Of a stretch of DNA of 64,000 nt, positions 30,635 through 40,973 are shown piece by piece. The position numbers and the translations under genes were made by a program. Below the pieces are notes generated by a model. That model did not search any database, was not told the DNA's origin, and worked only from the letters and a program-made list of their open reading frames with translations. The DNA comes from an uncultured delta proteobacterium (lineage in GTDB: Bacteria; Myxococcota_A; Polyangia; Haliangiales; Haliangiaceae): positions 3,840,001-3,904,000 of the forward strand of contig CAWKDB010000010.1 in the NCBI GenBank assembly GCA_963848295.1. The letters run 5' to 3'. Each line of letters begins with the position of its first letter. The first letter of the stretch is position 1.

Positions 30635-30681
30635 GGTTGTGGTCCTGGATGTCGCGGGTTCGAGCCCCGTCGTTCGCCCCA
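30635..30681 (+). repeat. att core copy 2 (tRNA-His 3' fragment)
   Basis: Identical to 18052-18098. Confidence 0.95.
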
Positions 30682-30699
30682 GATTTTGCGGATCTAGCC

Positions 30700-31320
30700 G
30701 CCACCTCCCAGAAGCCGCGGACCTCGGCCGCACGGAGTCCAGCCTCGGCGGCGAGCAAGATCAGCGTCGTGTACCGCTGGTCGTGACACGCATCGAGCAC
30801 CTTCTCGACGTCCTCGGTCGCGACCGCGGCGATCTCGGCGGCCATACCGTCGAGCTTGAACCGCAGCTTTGACTCCTCGCTGGTCGTGTACTTGATGAGC
30901 GTGGACAGAACCGCGAGCTGATTGTTCACGGTCTTGACGGCCATCCCGCGATCGAGCTCGCTCTGGGCGTACGTGTCGACGTCGGTCTGCTTCAGGCCAT
31001 CGATCGTCATGGCGCCGAAGAACGGCAGCAAATGACTGTTGAGGACCCTCCGCTTCTCGCGCCTCTCGCTCGGCTTGTACTTCTCCACGAACGTCTCCGC
31101 GTGCTCCTTGATCGTCTTCGGCGCCTCCTTTGTCGTCATCGCCGCCACCAGCGGCTTGCCGAGCACCGCCTCGCTGATCGCGCGGCGCTCGGCTTCCTGC
31201 GCGCCAACCCTCGAACGCGGCAGATCGTGATACGGCCCGGGAACACCCGGCGTACCGAAGATCCGTTTGCGCGTTCTATCGGGGAGCTTCACGGTGCCCT
31301 GAAAGATCCAGCGACCTGTT
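30700..31320 (-). pseudogene. Truncated tyrosine integrase, paralog of 18112-19236
   Basis: Shares PGPY.DLPRS, EKRRVL..LLPFFG, LKQTDVDT and EAGLRA.E.RG, then stops matching; HxLRH and catalytic Tyr absent. Confidence 0.88.
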
Positions 31321-31434
31321 CTAATGGGGCTCGCGGTGGTGGTGGCGGCTCAAGGGCCCGCTGAAGTTCTGTGTGTGCTCTTGGGGACAGTGATCCGCCG
31401 CCGGCCTCTGTGAGGCGCGTGGTAAGATGAGGTC

Positions 31435-31815
31435 GTGTCGGTCGTCTCAACACCGTCGGAACGAGCGTCGCTGGTCGTCGACCGGGGACAGCGCGAAATC
31501 GCCACCGGACCAATCCGACCGATCCTCGCTCGCGTGATCGAGCGCTGGCATCCGTTGCAGATCTGGTTGTTCGGCAGCCGCGCTCGTAGCGAAGCCAGTG
31601 CCGACAGCGACTGGGATCTACTCGCCGTGGTGCCCGATTGTCCCGAGCCTGCCGATTTCGACGACCCGATGACCGTATGGCGCGTGAAACGCCAGCCCGG
31701 CGTGCCCTCGGACCTCGTCGTTTACCGCGAGTCCGATTTTGAAGAAGATCGCACCGTCCCGAATACCCTAGCGTACGCAGTGAAGCTGGACGGCGTGCTC
31801 ATCTATGAGCGCTGA
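31435..31815 (+). CDS. Minimal nucleotidyltransferase (MNT)
   Basis: LFGSRARSEASADSDWDL (GS-x10-DxD). Confidence 0.9.
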   Translation: MSVVSTPSERASLVVDRGQREIATGPIRPILARVIERWHPLQIWLFGSRARSEASADSDWDLLAVVPDCPEPADFDDPMTVWRVKRQPGVPSDLVVYRESDFEEDRTVPNTLAYAVKLDGVLIYER

Positions 31816-32239
31816 CCTGATCATCGCGGCGATGCTGCGGATCGCCAAACAAGACCTTGACGGCGCGCGTCTCTTGAATCGAGCTGGCAACCGGAACGCC
31901 TCGTACCTGTCCGAACAGGCCGCAGAAAAGTTGATTCGTGCCGTCTTGACGTCGGAGGGCATTCAGGCCGGCAACCGACACGAGCTCTCTGACATGGTGG
32001 ACCAGATCCCCGACCAGAACCCGGTGAAGCTAGCGCTGCGCGCGATCGAACATCTCAGCGCGTACGCGACCGCATATCGATATCCATCTCCCCGCGGACG
32101 GGTGCGATCGCCTCCCTCGGCGGCCGAGCTCGACGTCGACCTCGCGAAGGTCGACGCCGCTCTCACCGAAGTGGCGAAGCGTTTCGTTGTCGACCTTGCC
32201 GAAGACACGCCCGCCGGTAAGCCCGATCCGTTTCGTTGA
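31805..32239 (+). CDS. HEPN domain protein, MNT partner
   Basis: EQAAEKLIRA, HEL, YRYP; overlaps the MNT stop. Confidence 0.88.
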   Translation: MSADLIIAAMLRIAKQDLDGARLLNRAGNRNASYLSEQAAEKLIRAVLTSEGIQAGNRHELSDMVDQIPDQNPVKLALRAIEHLSAYATAYRYPSPRGRVRSPPSAAELDVDLAKVDAALTEVAKRFVVDLAEDTPAGKPDPFR

Positions 32240-32379
32240 TCAGCCGCTTGCGCGTGGCTTGCACGCGAAGCGAGATGAACCTCGACCAACCAGTACCAAG
32301 CAACACGACAGAGCCACGCAACGGTGTGTGATCGTTGGAATGGCGCGAGATGGTTGAAGATCTCGATCACGTGGTCCGT

Positions 32380-32430
32380 AGGTTGTGGTCCTGGATGTCG
32401 GGGTTCGAGCCCCGTCGTTCGCCCCAAAGT
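32380..32430 (+). repeat. att core copy 3 (tRNA-His 3' fragment, 1-bp deletion)
   Basis: Matches 18051-18102 except for one missing C. Confidence 0.93.
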
Positions 32431-32524
32431 CTCAACTGGTTAGTGGCGACCCTCCGGCGGTCGGAATCTCGCTGCCACGTGGCTGCCACGCCGAACACGG
32501 AAGCGATCGGCGGCCGCGCATCAC

Positions 32525-33028
32525 TCAGATCTGCGCCACGCACGGCGGCACCGTGATGCCGTCAAACTGGATCGTCGCGCGGACCTCGATCGGTGCGGGA
32601 TCGCCGGAGACGGTCCAGACGAACACGTCGGACGGGGTGGACGGTCGAGACGCGAATCGCAGTCGGATCGGCGTGTCGAGGCTCGCGCGGCTGCCGGGGG
32701 CGAGCTGGAGCTCCCGCGGCTCGACGGGCATGTCGATCATCGGCTCCGAGATCGATCGCTCGACGCCAGCCGCCGTGATGCGCAGCTCGAAGTTCATAAA
32801 AGGGTAGGAATAGTGGAGCGTCACCGGCTGCCGCGTGCCGTTGACCACAACAAACCGCAGCGCGAGCTCGTCCGGTCCCTGGCGCTGCACGGTGAGCTCG
32901 CACCGGAGCACGGCCTCGGACTTCGCCGCAGGTGTCTCGTTACTCGCGGGTCTCTCGTGGCCACCGATGCAGCCGCACCCAGCGACCGCGAGGCTTGCGA
33001 AGATCAGAAATCCGCTAAACCGGCGCAT
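32525..33028 (-). CDS. Putative lipoprotein with beta-sandwich domain
   Basis: MRRFSGFLIFASLAVAGC lipobox. Confidence 0.6.
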   Translation of the reverse strand: MRRFSGFLIFASLAVAGCGCIGGHERPASNETPAAKSEAVLRCELTVQRQGPDELALRFVVVNGTRQPVTLHYSYPFMNFELRITAAGVERSISEPMIDMPVEPRELQLAPGSRASLDTPIRLRFASRPSTPSDVFVWTVSGDPAPIEVRATIQFDGITVPPCVAQI

Positions 33029-33194
33029 AGCACGACTTAGAACGCGACCATCACGATCGCGGCGCCGGCGAGGGTCAGGTGGACAGACTCTTCGGTGGCC
33101 GTGGCAACTCATGAGGCCAGTCCATCTCCGACGGAGGGCGCGTAGACCTCGAGGACCCCGGCAGCTTGGGACGCTTTGTGGAGCATCGTCAACG

Positions 33195-34637
33195 CTACGG
33201 CGCGCCGAGGCGCTGCGCGATCTCGACCAGCCGCGCCTTCTCTTCTCGCTCGAACTCCTTGGCGAGCCGCGCGTAGATCGCGTCGCGCTGCTTCGCGATC
33301 GCCTCGAGCCTGCAGGCGACGTAGACCTCGCCCGCGAGCTTGTCGCCGAGGTTCTGGACCTCGGACACCTTGCCGTGTGAGAACGACACCACCGCCAGGC
33401 GGTTCGCGGTGCGGTTCGGATCCCGCTTGTCCCACTCGCGCTTGCTGCACGCGGCGGCGCGGGCCTTCGCCTGCTTGTACGCCGCGATGCCCTTGTCGGT
33501 GTCGGCCTTTACCAGGAAGTCTTCGTCCTCCCAGATCAGGCGCTGCTGGTCGGGTCGCGGCGCGACGAACGCCGGCATCGTCACCTTGGCCGGGTGCTTC
33601 GTCGTCAGCACGTCGGCGATGTGGTTGACGTCGTTGAACCGGCAGTCCTCCAGCAGGCCGTTCGCGTGCGCGATGCGGTTGGCGTCGAACAGCAACAGGG
33701 GCTCGCCGGGCACAACCCCGCACGACGTCGCCGGATTCGCGACGCCGTACACGAAGAATGCGGGATCGAGGTTCATGAACAGCTCGTGGGTGAGCAACGC
33801 GCTGTCCCGCGTGACGTGGTCCTGCGTCATGTTGAAGAACCCGTATAGCGAGAGCGCGTGGTCCCCCACCGACGCCCCAGGTGGCGGCGCGCCGTAGACG
33901 TCGTGAATCGTCGGCACCGTCTTGTTGAGCTCGGTGACGACCACGACCGCGTCTGCGCCCGGATCGCCGATCGCGTCGATCTCGAACGGCTGGTCGGCGT
34001 GCACCTCGCCGCTCTCCATCCGCTTCGACATCATGTCGCCGTCGTGGCCCAGGCCGCCGGCCTTGCCGCCGCCGAACAGATGCACCTCGAGGAAATGTCC
34101 CGTCGTCGCCGTGATCACGATCGGTTGCCACTGGCCGGCGATGCGCGGCAGCTTGAACCTCGCGGACACCGCGGTCGTCAGGTCATCGCCGAGCGCGACC
34201 TCGACGGGGTGTGGCTTTGCCGGCAGCGCGATGTCGAGCCTCACCTGCGCCGGCACGTGCGCGTCGTTGCCCGGCACGCGTGCCCACAGGATGCCGTTGC
34301 CGCGGACGTCACCGTCGATCGGATCGAGGCAGCCGTGGCCGACCTGCAGGTACAGATGCATCGCCGGATCGTTGACCTTGAAGCTCCAGCGGCCGTCCTT
34401 GAGGACCGAGATCTTCGCGAGCGGGACGTACTTGGCGTCCGCGGGACCACAGAACTCTTCCATGTCGCGAGTCGTGAATGCTCCGGGCACGGCCAGCGGC
34501 GTCTGCACCGGCGCGCCGGACACGGGCAGCTCGACCCGGGGCAGCTTCAGGACGATGCCGCGCACGGCGTACTTGTCGGCGGCGGCAGTAGACGCGAGCG
34601 CAGCGAGCGCGAGTCCGATGGCGAACGGACGAAACAT
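33195..34637 (-). CDS. Secreted hypothetical protein
   Basis: GGAGG RBS, signal peptide, strongly GC3-biased codons. Confidence 0.75.
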   Translation of the reverse strand: MFRPFAIGLALAALASTAAADKYAVRGIVLKLPRVELPVSGAPVQTPLAVPGAFTTRDMEEFCGPADAKYVPLAKISVLKDGRWSFKVNDPAMHLYLQVGHGCLDPIDGDVRGNGILWARVPGNDAHVPAQVRLDIALPAKPHPVEVALGDDLTTAVSARFKLPRIAGQWQPIVITATTGHFLEVHLFGGGKAGGLGHDGDMMSKRMESGEVHADQPFEIDAIGDPGADAVVVVTELNKTVPTIHDVYGAPPPGASVGDHALSLYGFFNMTQDHVTRDSALLTHELFMNLDPAFFVYGVANPATSCGVVPGEPLLLFDANRIAHANGLLEDCRFNDVNHIADVLTTKHPAKVTMPAFVAPRPDQQRLIWEDEDFLVKADTDKGIAAYKQAKARAAACSKREWDKRDPNRTANRLAVVSFSHGKVSEVQNLGDKLAGEVYVACRLEAIAKQRDAIYARLAKEFEREEKARLVEIAQRLGAP

Positions 34638-34799
34638 GTGACCTCCGCCGGCACGCTATCAGAGTCACGAGCGCGGTCGATGTCACACCGGTTACTTGTT
34701 CGGCTCAGCATCGAGCGTTGGTCCCAACCCGGTCATCGAACCCGGGGCAACTTCAATTTGATCAGTGGACCGTCGGCCTCTGCGACCACCCGAAGAGGT

Positions 34800-35360
34800 T
34801 CACGGGCAGGGCTTGCACGGCGGGAGGCGCCGCGTGAAATCGGTGGGCTTGCCGCGCGCGTCGACGGCGATCTCGCAGCACTGCTCGAACAGGCTGCGCA
34901 GTTGCGCGCGGCCACGCTGCACGCGCGATTTCATTCCGGACACCGAGATGCCGGCCATTTCGGCCGCTTCCTTTGCCGTCCGGCCTTCAAGCTCGACGAG
35001 CGTGATCGCTTCGCGATAGGGCGACGGAAGCTGCGACACGAACAGCGAGACGCAACCGGCGAGCGCGGTCGCCGCCTCGCGATCGTTGTCCGACGTCGGT
35101 GCGGCCGGCATCTCGTCGAGGTCATCGGTGCCGATCGGGGCGCGTGCGTGCTTGCGGCCCGAATCGGCGATCGCGTTGCGCGCGACCTGGAACATCCACG
35201 CCGAGAAGCGATCATCGTCGCGAAGCTCCGGCAGCCCGCGGTGCATGCGCACGAGGACGTCTTGCACGACATCCTCGACCTCGCCCGACGCGACCCGATG
35301 CGCGACGAACGGCCGCAGCTTCGCGGCGACGTCAGTCCACGGCACCGCGGCCACCGTCAC
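34800..35360 (-). CDS. SigZ-like ECF sigma factor with Cys-rich C-terminus
   Basis: EDVVQDV, AWMFQVARN, SGMKSRVQRGR, CC...CKPC tail; GTGA overlap with arsM. Confidence 0.85.
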   Translation of the reverse strand: MTVAAVPWTDVAAKLRPFVAHRVASGEVEDVVQDVLVRMHRGLPELRDDDRFSAWMFQVARNAIADSGRKHARAPIGTDDLDEMPAAPTSDNDREAATALAGCVSLFVSQLPSPYREAITLVELEGRTAKEAAEMAGISVSGMKSRVQRGRAQLRSLFEQCCEIAVDARGKPTDFTRRLPPCKPCP

Positions 35361-36175
35361 GCGCAGCAGCCCGGCGCGCAGCAAGCCGCCTTCGGTGCGT
35401 TCGGATCGAAGCGGCGCGCCTCGATCGTCGCCGACGCGATGAACTTGCTCGCGCCCGCGAGCCACGAGTCGACGATCTCCGCGCTGCGCGGTGCGATCGT
35501 GACCGCGATGTCGACGAAGCCGACGTTCGCGAGCATCTGTTTCACGTCCTCGAGTGGGCTCGCACCTGAAATGCAGCTCGCCAGCGCCGCGGCCTGCGTC
35601 TGAAGCTCCGGCGGGATCGGGGCGATCGCGATGACATCGCTGATCGCGAGCCGACCGCCGGGTTTGAGCACGCGGAGCGCCTCGGTGAACACCGCGTGCT
35701 TCTCGGGCGACAGGTTGATGACGCAGTTCGACATGATCGCATCGACCGACTGATCGGCGACTGGCAGGTGCTCGATCTCGCCGAGCCGAAACTCGACGTT
35801 CGAAGCGGACACCTTGCGCGCGTTGTCGCGTGCGCGCGAGATCATCTCCGGCGTCATGTCGACACCGATCACGCGTCCGGTCGGGCCGACGGCGCGCGCC
35901 GCGAGGAAGCAGTCGAAGCCGCCGCCCGAGCCCAGATCGAGCACAGTCTCGCCGGCCTCGAGCGCGGCGATCGCGTTGGGATTGCCGCAGCCGAGCCCGA
36001 GGTCTGCGCCCTCGGGAACCGCAGCGCGATCGCCGTCGGTGTAGCCGAGCGAGAGCGACTGGTCCGAAGGAACGGCGCCACAGCAGCCGGGCGCGCAGCT
36101 ACCGCCCTTGGTGGACACGTTCGCGTAGTGCTCGCGGACGATCGTCCGCGTCTTGTCTGCGGTGAGGTCACTCAT
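35357..36175 (-). CDS. arsM: Arsenite methyltransferase
   Basis: LGLGCGNP, LDLGSGGGFDCF, SNCVINLSP, terminal Cys pairs. Confidence 0.92.
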   Translation of the reverse strand: MSDLTADKTRTIVREHYANVSTKGGSCAPGCCGAVPSDQSLSLGYTDGDRAAVPEGADLGLGCGNPNAIAALEAGETVLDLGSGGGFDCFLAARAVGPTGRVIGVDMTPEMISRARDNARKVSASNVEFRLGEIEHLPVADQSVDAIMSNCVINLSPEKHAVFTEALRVLKPGGRLAISDVIAIAPIPPELQTQAAALASCISGASPLEDVKQMLANVGFVDIAVTIAPRSAEIVDSWLAGASKFIASATIEARRFDPNAPKAACCAPGCCA

Positions 36176-36645
36176 GGTTCATCTCCTATGCTTGGGGAGA
36201 CGGGCCTCGGTCCGAAAGGACGCAAGGAATCGGCCGTGGCGACGCCCCAACCCTTGTCACGGATCAAGTCGCTGACGAGCCGGCGAATCTCATCGCGAAT
36301 TCCGCGCACTTTGCTGACCGACAGACCGTGCGGATCGGGCAGCTTCCAATCCTGGCGTCGTGAATCGGGAATCGTCGGACAGCGCTCGGGGCAGCCAAGC
36401 GTAACGAGAAAATTCAGATCGGTGATCATTCGCCCGGTCAGCCCGACTGGCTGTACGTCAGACAGATCGATCCCGACCTCTCGCATCACTTCGATCACGT
36501 CGTCGTAGACGTGGTCCGACGGGTCGAGGCCGGCCGCGATTCCGCGAGCTTTCGCCGGATCCGCCAGTTGATTGAAGAATGCGTTCGCGATCTGCGACCG
36601 GCCCGCGTTGTGCGTGCATGCGAACAAGACAAGCTGCGCGATCAT
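36172..36645 (-). CDS. arsC: Arsenate reductase, LMW-PTP type
   Basis: [26 protein letters not shown]. Confidence 0.85.
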   Translation of the reverse strand: MIAQLVLFACTHNAGRSQIANAFFNQLADPAKARGIAAGLDPSDHVYDDVIEVMREVGIDLSDVQPVGLTGRMITDLNFLVTLGCPERCPTIPDSRRQDWKLPDPHGLSVSKVRGIRDEIRRLVSDLIRDKGWGVATADSLRPFGPRPVSPSIGDEP

Positions 36646-37715
36646 ATCTGCTCCGATGCAATGCGACGAGCGGTGGGATGGAAGTGTCGCTGCGCCCACA
36701 GCGACGCGTGAACGAGCGCGAGCATGACAGGCACCTCGACGAGCGGGCCGATCACCGCGGCGAACGCGACACCGCTGTGAATGCCGAACGTCGCGACCGC
36801 GACGGCGATCGCAAGCTCGAAGTTGTTCGAAGCCGCCGTGAACGACAGCGTGGCCGACTGCTCGTAGTCCGCGCCGACGCGCTTGCTCAGCAGGAACGAC
36901 GCCGCGAACATCACGACGAAGTAGATGAGCAGCGGCAGTGCGATCCGCAGGACATCGAGCGGCAGTTGGATGATCGATTCGCCCTTGAGCGAGAACATCA
37001 CGACGATCGTGAAGAGGAGCGCGACCAAGGTGAGCGGTCCGATGCGCGGAACGAAGCGGGTCGTGTACCACTCGTCGCCCTTCGCACGCCTGAGCACCGT
37101 GCGAGTCAGGAACCCGGCGGCGAACGGAACTCCGAGATAGATGCCGACGCTCTTCGCGATCTGCCCCATCGAGACGTCGATGACCGCGCCGTGGAGCCCG
37201 AGCCAGCGAGGCAATACGGTCGCGAACAGGTAGGCGTAGATCGGAAAGAACAGAACCTGGAACAGCGAGTTGAACGCGACGAGCCCCGCGCAATACTCGG
37301 TGTCGCCCTTCGCGAGCTCGTTCCAGACGATCACCATCGCGATGCATCGCGCGAGACCGATGATGATCAGCCCGAGCATGTAATCCGGGTGATCGGGCAG
37401 AAACACGACCGCGAGCGCGAACATCAGCAGCGGGCCGATGACCCAGTTCTGGACGAGCGAGAGCAGGATCACGCGCTTGTTGCGAAAGATCTTGCCGAGT
37501 TGCTCGAACCGCACCTTCGTGAACGGCGGGTACATCATCAGGATCAGCCCGACCGCGATCGGGATCGAGGTCGTGCCCACGCTCAGGCGGTCGAGCGCCT
37601 TGGGTAAACCCGGTGCGAGGTTTCCCAGCGCGACGCCTAGCGCCATCGCCGCGAAGATCCAGACGGTCAGGTACCGATCGAGGAACGAAAGCTTGCCGGC
37701 GATGCGGGACTGCAT
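36642..37715 (-). CDS. acr3: ACR3-family arsenite efflux transporter
   Basis: [40 protein letters not shown]. Confidence 0.95.
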   Translation of the reverse strand: MQSRIAGKLSFLDRYLTVWIFAAMALGVALGNLAPGLPKALDRLSVGTTSIPIAVGLILMMYPPFTKVRFEQLGKIFRNKRVILLSLVQNWVIGPLLMFALAVVFLPDHPDYMLGLIIIGLARCIAMVIVWNELAKGDTEYCAGLVAFNSLFQVLFFPIYAYLFATVLPRWLGLHGAVIDVSMGQIAKSVGIYLGVPFAAGFLTRTVLRRAKGDEWYTTRFVPRIGPLTLVALLFTIVVMFSLKGESIIQLPLDVLRIALPLLIYFVVMFAASFLLSKRVGADYEQSATLSFTAASNNFELAIAVAVATFGIHSGVAFAAVIGPLVEVPVMLALVHASLWAQRHFHPTARRIASEQI

Positions 37716-37829
37716 GACGTCACGCGCGCGACTTGCGCGGCCTCGGCTCGGTCGCGAAGCGATCGAATCCCGGCATCCGGCGCCGGTCGGAGTGCGTGAA
37801 CGGCACGACGTCGATCGCCTCCAACGGGA

Positions 37830-38198
37830 TCATTTGCAGGCGTCCGGCCCGCAGTTCTTCTTGAGGCGGACGAGGTCGCCGCGGACGGAGCGCTCGGCGC
37901 CGAACGTCTTGGTCAGAACCTCGATCACGCTCGTGACCGAGGCGTGTTCCTGGTCGGTGATCCGGTAGTAGACCCACGTGCCGTCGCGTCGGCTGTCGAC
38001 GATGCCGGCCGCCTTGAGAATGCCGAGCTGGCGCGAGCAGTTCGGTTGGCTCAGGCCGAGCGCCGACTCGAGATGGCACACACAGAGCTCTCCGTGCACG
38101 AGCAGCGCCATGATGCGCACGCGCGTCTCGTCACCGAGCGCACGGAAGAACTTGGTCAGAGGCCGAACGTCTTCGAGGTCGGTTGTACTGGCGAGCAC
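37830..38198 (-). CDS. arsR: ArsR/SmtB metalloregulator
   Basis: [25 protein letters not shown]. Confidence 0.92.
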   Translation of the reverse strand: MLASTTDLEDVRPLTKFFRALGDETRVRIMALLVHGELCVCHLESALGLSQPNCSRQLGILKAAGIVDSRRDGTWVYYRITDQEHASVTSVIEVLTKTFGAERSVRGDLVRLKKNCGPDACK

Positions 38199-38207
38199 GT
38201 CATCTCT

Positions 38208-38227
38208 ATATCACAATGTCCGCATGT
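38208..38227. promoter_or_regulatory. Putative ArsR operator (arsR/arsC divergent)
   Basis: ATAT-N12-ATGT, similar to the box at 40950-40969. Confidence 0.5.
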
Positions 38228-38240
38228 TGGGAAGGACCCG

Positions 38241-38657
38241 ATGACTGCGAGGAGCGTCTTGTTTCTCTGTGTGGCGAATTCGGCTCGTAGCCAGATGGCA
38301 GAAGGTCTTGCGCGGGAGGTGTTGGGTCCGAGCGTCCGCGTGCAGAGTGCCGGTAGCCAACCGTCGTCGGTGAACCGGTTCGCAATCGAGGTCATGCGGG
38401 AGATCGGGATCGACATCAGCGCACAGCGCTCGAAGTCGGTCGACACGATCGACGCAGCGTCGGTCGACACGGTAGTCACGCTCTGTGCCGAGGAAGTATG
38501 CCCGGTGTTTCTCGGCAACGTGCGCCGGATCCACTGGCCGATCGAGGATGCTACCAGCGCCGATCCGTCGCTCACCCGCGACCAGAACCTCGTCCGGTTC
38601 CGCAAGGCCCGCGACGAGATCCGCGCCCGGCTCGAAACGCTCGCGGCGCACAGCTAG
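38241..38657 (+). CDS. arsC: Arsenate reductase, LMW-PTP type (second copy)
   Basis: [23 protein letters not shown]. Confidence 0.88.
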   Translation: MTARSVLFLCVANSARSQMAEGLAREVLGPSVRVQSAGSQPSSVNRFAIEVMREIGIDISAQRSKSVDTIDAASVDTVVTLCAEEVCPVFLGNVRRIHWPIEDATSADPSLTRDQNLVRFRKARDEIRARLETLAAHS

Positions 38658-39901
38658 TCGCCTCCAACCTCGACGCCTTCGGGCAAAACAAAGTCGCTGC
38701 TCGTGCGCGGCAGCATCATGGCGAGCAGTGCGGCGAGCACCGCGAACACCGCAGAAGCCGTCAGACACCCGACGAGCCCGGTCTGCTCGTACATCACGCC
38801 GGACAGGACGGTGCCGGCAAGCCGGCCGCCCGCGTTCGCCATGTAGTAGAAGCCGACGTTCATCGTCACCTTGTCGCCGTCGGAGTACGCGAGGATCAGG
38901 TACGAATGAACCGCGGAGTTGATCGCGAACACGACGCCGAACAGCCCGAGGCCGACGACGAGTACGATGTCGGCACGAACGCCTTCGTGCACGCCGAGGA
39001 CGACACCGCCGATCACCAGCGCGAGCAAGAACGCGAGCACCGTCGCCGAGCGGCCCTGCGGCGCGCGGCCGCGGGTGAACCGCTTCAGCAGCATGGGCGT
39101 GATCGATTGGATGATGCCGTAGCCGATCACCCACGCCGCGAGGAATCCGCCGACCTCCGTGAACCCCCAGTCGAACTGGGTCGCGAGGAACACGGGTACG
39201 CCGACGACGAACCAGATGTCGCGCGCCCCGAACAGGAAGAACCGCGCGGCCGACAGCACGTTCACGCTGCGGTTCTTCGAGAACATGTGACTGAACTTCG
39301 CCTTGCCCTTGGCCTTGCCCAGCTCGCGCGGCAGCGACGCGGTCGAGAACGCGAGCGTCAGGAAGATGGCTGCGGCCATCGCGACGAGCGAGCCACGGAA
39401 GCCGAGCTGACCGAGGAGCAGGCCGCCCAGGAAGAACCCGACGCCCTTGAGCGCGTTCTTCGAGCCGGTGAGCACCGACACCCACTTGAACAGCGATGAC
39501 TCGGCGCCCGTCGGCACCAGCACCTTGATCGCGCTCTTCGCGCTCATCTTCGTAAGGTCCTTCGCGATGCCCGACAGCGCTTGCGCCGACATGACATAGG
39601 TCACCGACGCGACGCGGCTCCATGTCGGATCGAGTAACGCAAGCATGAGCAGAGCTACGACCTGGAGCGCGAGACCGCCGAGCAGCGTCGCTCGCAAACC
39701 GAGCCGCGCGGCGATGAATCCGCCGACCAGGTTCGTGACGACGCCGAAGAGCTCGTAGAACACGAACAGGAACGCCAGCTCGACCGGCGTGTAACCCAGC
39801 TTGTAGAAGTGCAAGAGGACGAGCATCCGCAACGCCCCGTCCGTGAGCGTGAAGGCCCAGTACGCCGCGGTGACGAGCGCGTAGTTGCGGATGGCGCTCA
39901 T
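38654..39901 (-). CDS. arsJ: Organoarsenical efflux MFS transporter
   Basis: [43 protein letters not shown]; adjacent to gap. Confidence 0.93.
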   Translation of the reverse strand: MSAIRNYALVTAAYWAFTLTDGALRMLVLLHFYKLGYTPVELAFLFVFYELFGVVTNLVGGFIAARLGLRATLLGGLALQVVALLMLALLDPTWSRVASVTYVMSAQALSGIAKDLTKMSAKSAIKVLVPTGAESSLFKWVSVLTGSKNALKGVGFFLGGLLLGQLGFRGSLVAMAAAIFLTLAFSTASLPRELGKAKGKAKFSHMFSKNRSVNVLSAARFFLFGARDIWFVVGVPVFLATQFDWGFTEVGGFLAAWVIGYGIIQSITPMLLKRFTRGRAPQGRSATVLAFLLALVIGGVVLGVHEGVRADIVLVVGLGLFGVVFAINSAVHSYLILAYSDGDKVTMNVGFYYMANAGGRLAGTVLSGVMYEQTGLVGCLTASAVFAVLAALLAMMLPRTSSDFVLPEGVEVGGD

Positions 39902-39905
39902 CAGG

Positions 39906-40916
39906 TCAGTGCAAGCTGCGTCCGACCCTGCGCGCCAGCTCCATCATGCGATGGACGTAGCCGATCTCGTTGTCGTACCAGGCGAGGATCTTCACCTGCG
40001 TGCCATCGATCACCATCGTCGATGGCGCATCGATGATCGCCGAGTGCGGGTCACCCTTGAAGTCCACGGAGACGAGCGGGCGTTCCTCGTAGGCCATGAT
40101 GCCTTTGAGCGGACCGTCGGCAGCTGCCTCGAGGAGCTGGTTGACCTCGTCGATCGTCGTCGGCCGATTGACCTCGAACACGCAATCGGTCAGCGAGGCG
40201 TTGAGCAGCGGCACGCGCACGGCGATGCCGTTGAGCTTGCCCTTCAGCTCGGGATAGATGAGCGTGATCGCGGTCGCCGAGCCCGTGCTCGTCGGGATGA
40301 GCGAGAGGCTGCTCGCGCGGGCGCGGCGCAGATCCTTGTGCGGCGAGTCGATGACGACCTGCGTATTCGTGATGTCGTGGATCGTCGTGATCACGCCGTG
40401 CTTGATGCCGAGGCTCTCGTGGATCACCTTGACCACCGGCGCGAGGCAGTTCGTCGTGCACGAGGCCGCGGTGATCAAGTGATGCTTGTCCGGGTCGTAG
40501 AGCTTGTCGTTGACGCCGATGACGATATTCAGCGCGCCTTCCTTGACCGGTGCGGCGACGATCACCTTCTTCACGCCGCGCTCGAAGTACGGATCAAGCA
40601 GCGCGGTCGTGCGGAACTTGCCCGAGCATTCGAGCACGAGGTCGACGCCGAGCGCTTTCCAGTCGATCTCACCCGGCGCGCTCCGATCGCTGAACGTCAC
40701 GTTCGTGCCGTCGATCGCGATCGCGTCACCGATCGCCTTGACGTCGTGTTTCCAGCGCCCGTGCACCGAGTCGAACTCCAGCAGGTGCGCCGCCGTCTCG
40801 GCACCACCCTTGGTCTCGTTGATGTGAACGAACTCGATGTCCGGCCAGCCCCAAGCCGCCCGCAATGCGAGGCGTCCCATGCGTCCAAAGCCGTTGATGC
40901 CGATCCGAGTGCTCAC
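39906..40916 (-). CDS. gap: ArsJ-associated glyceraldehyde-3-phosphate dehydrogenase
   Basis: [30 protein letters not shown] before GTG 40916. Confidence 0.93.
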   Translation of the reverse strand: MSTRIGINGFGRMGRLALRAAWGWPDIEFVHINETKGGAETAAHLLEFDSVHGRWKHDVKAIGDAIAIDGTNVTFSDRSAPGEIDWKALGVDLVLECSGKFRTTALLDPYFERGVKKVIVAAPVKEGALNIVIGVNDKLYDPDKHHLITAASCTTNCLAPVVKVIHESLGIKHGVITTIHDITNTQVVIDSPHKDLRRARASSLSLIPTSTGSATAITLIYPELKGKLNGIAVRVPLLNASLTDCVFEVNRPTTIDEVNQLLEAAADGPLKGIMAYEERPLVSVDFKGDPHSAIIDAPSTMVIDGTQVKILAWYDNEIGYVHRMMELARRVGRSLH

Positions 40917-40949
40917 GCTAGATCTCCTTGAGAGCTTGCCACCATCGCG

Positions 40950-40969
40950 ACATTCGCATATTGGTATGT
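40950..40969. promoter_or_regulatory. Putative ArsR operator (gap/pstS divergent)
   Basis: ACAT-N12-ATGT (ACATTCGCATATTGGTATGT). Confidence 0.55.
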
Positions 40970-40973
40970 GGAG

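Larger units (their letters stand above)
18099..30681. mobile_element. Integrative element 1 (~12.6 kb) inserted at tRNA-His
   Basis: Bounded by a 47-bp direct repeat of the tRNA 3' part (18052-18098 = 30635-30681); integrase adjacent to the tRNA; visibly more AT-rich than flanks. Confidence 0.9.
30682..32430. mobile_element. Degenerate integrative element 2 (~1.75 kb)
   Basis: Between att copies 2 and 3; contains a truncated integrase and an MNT-HEPN pair. Confidence 0.85.

Noticed and set aside
30635..32430. Two additional tRNA-His genes
   Set aside because: Both lack the 5' acceptor strand and D arm; they are att duplicates
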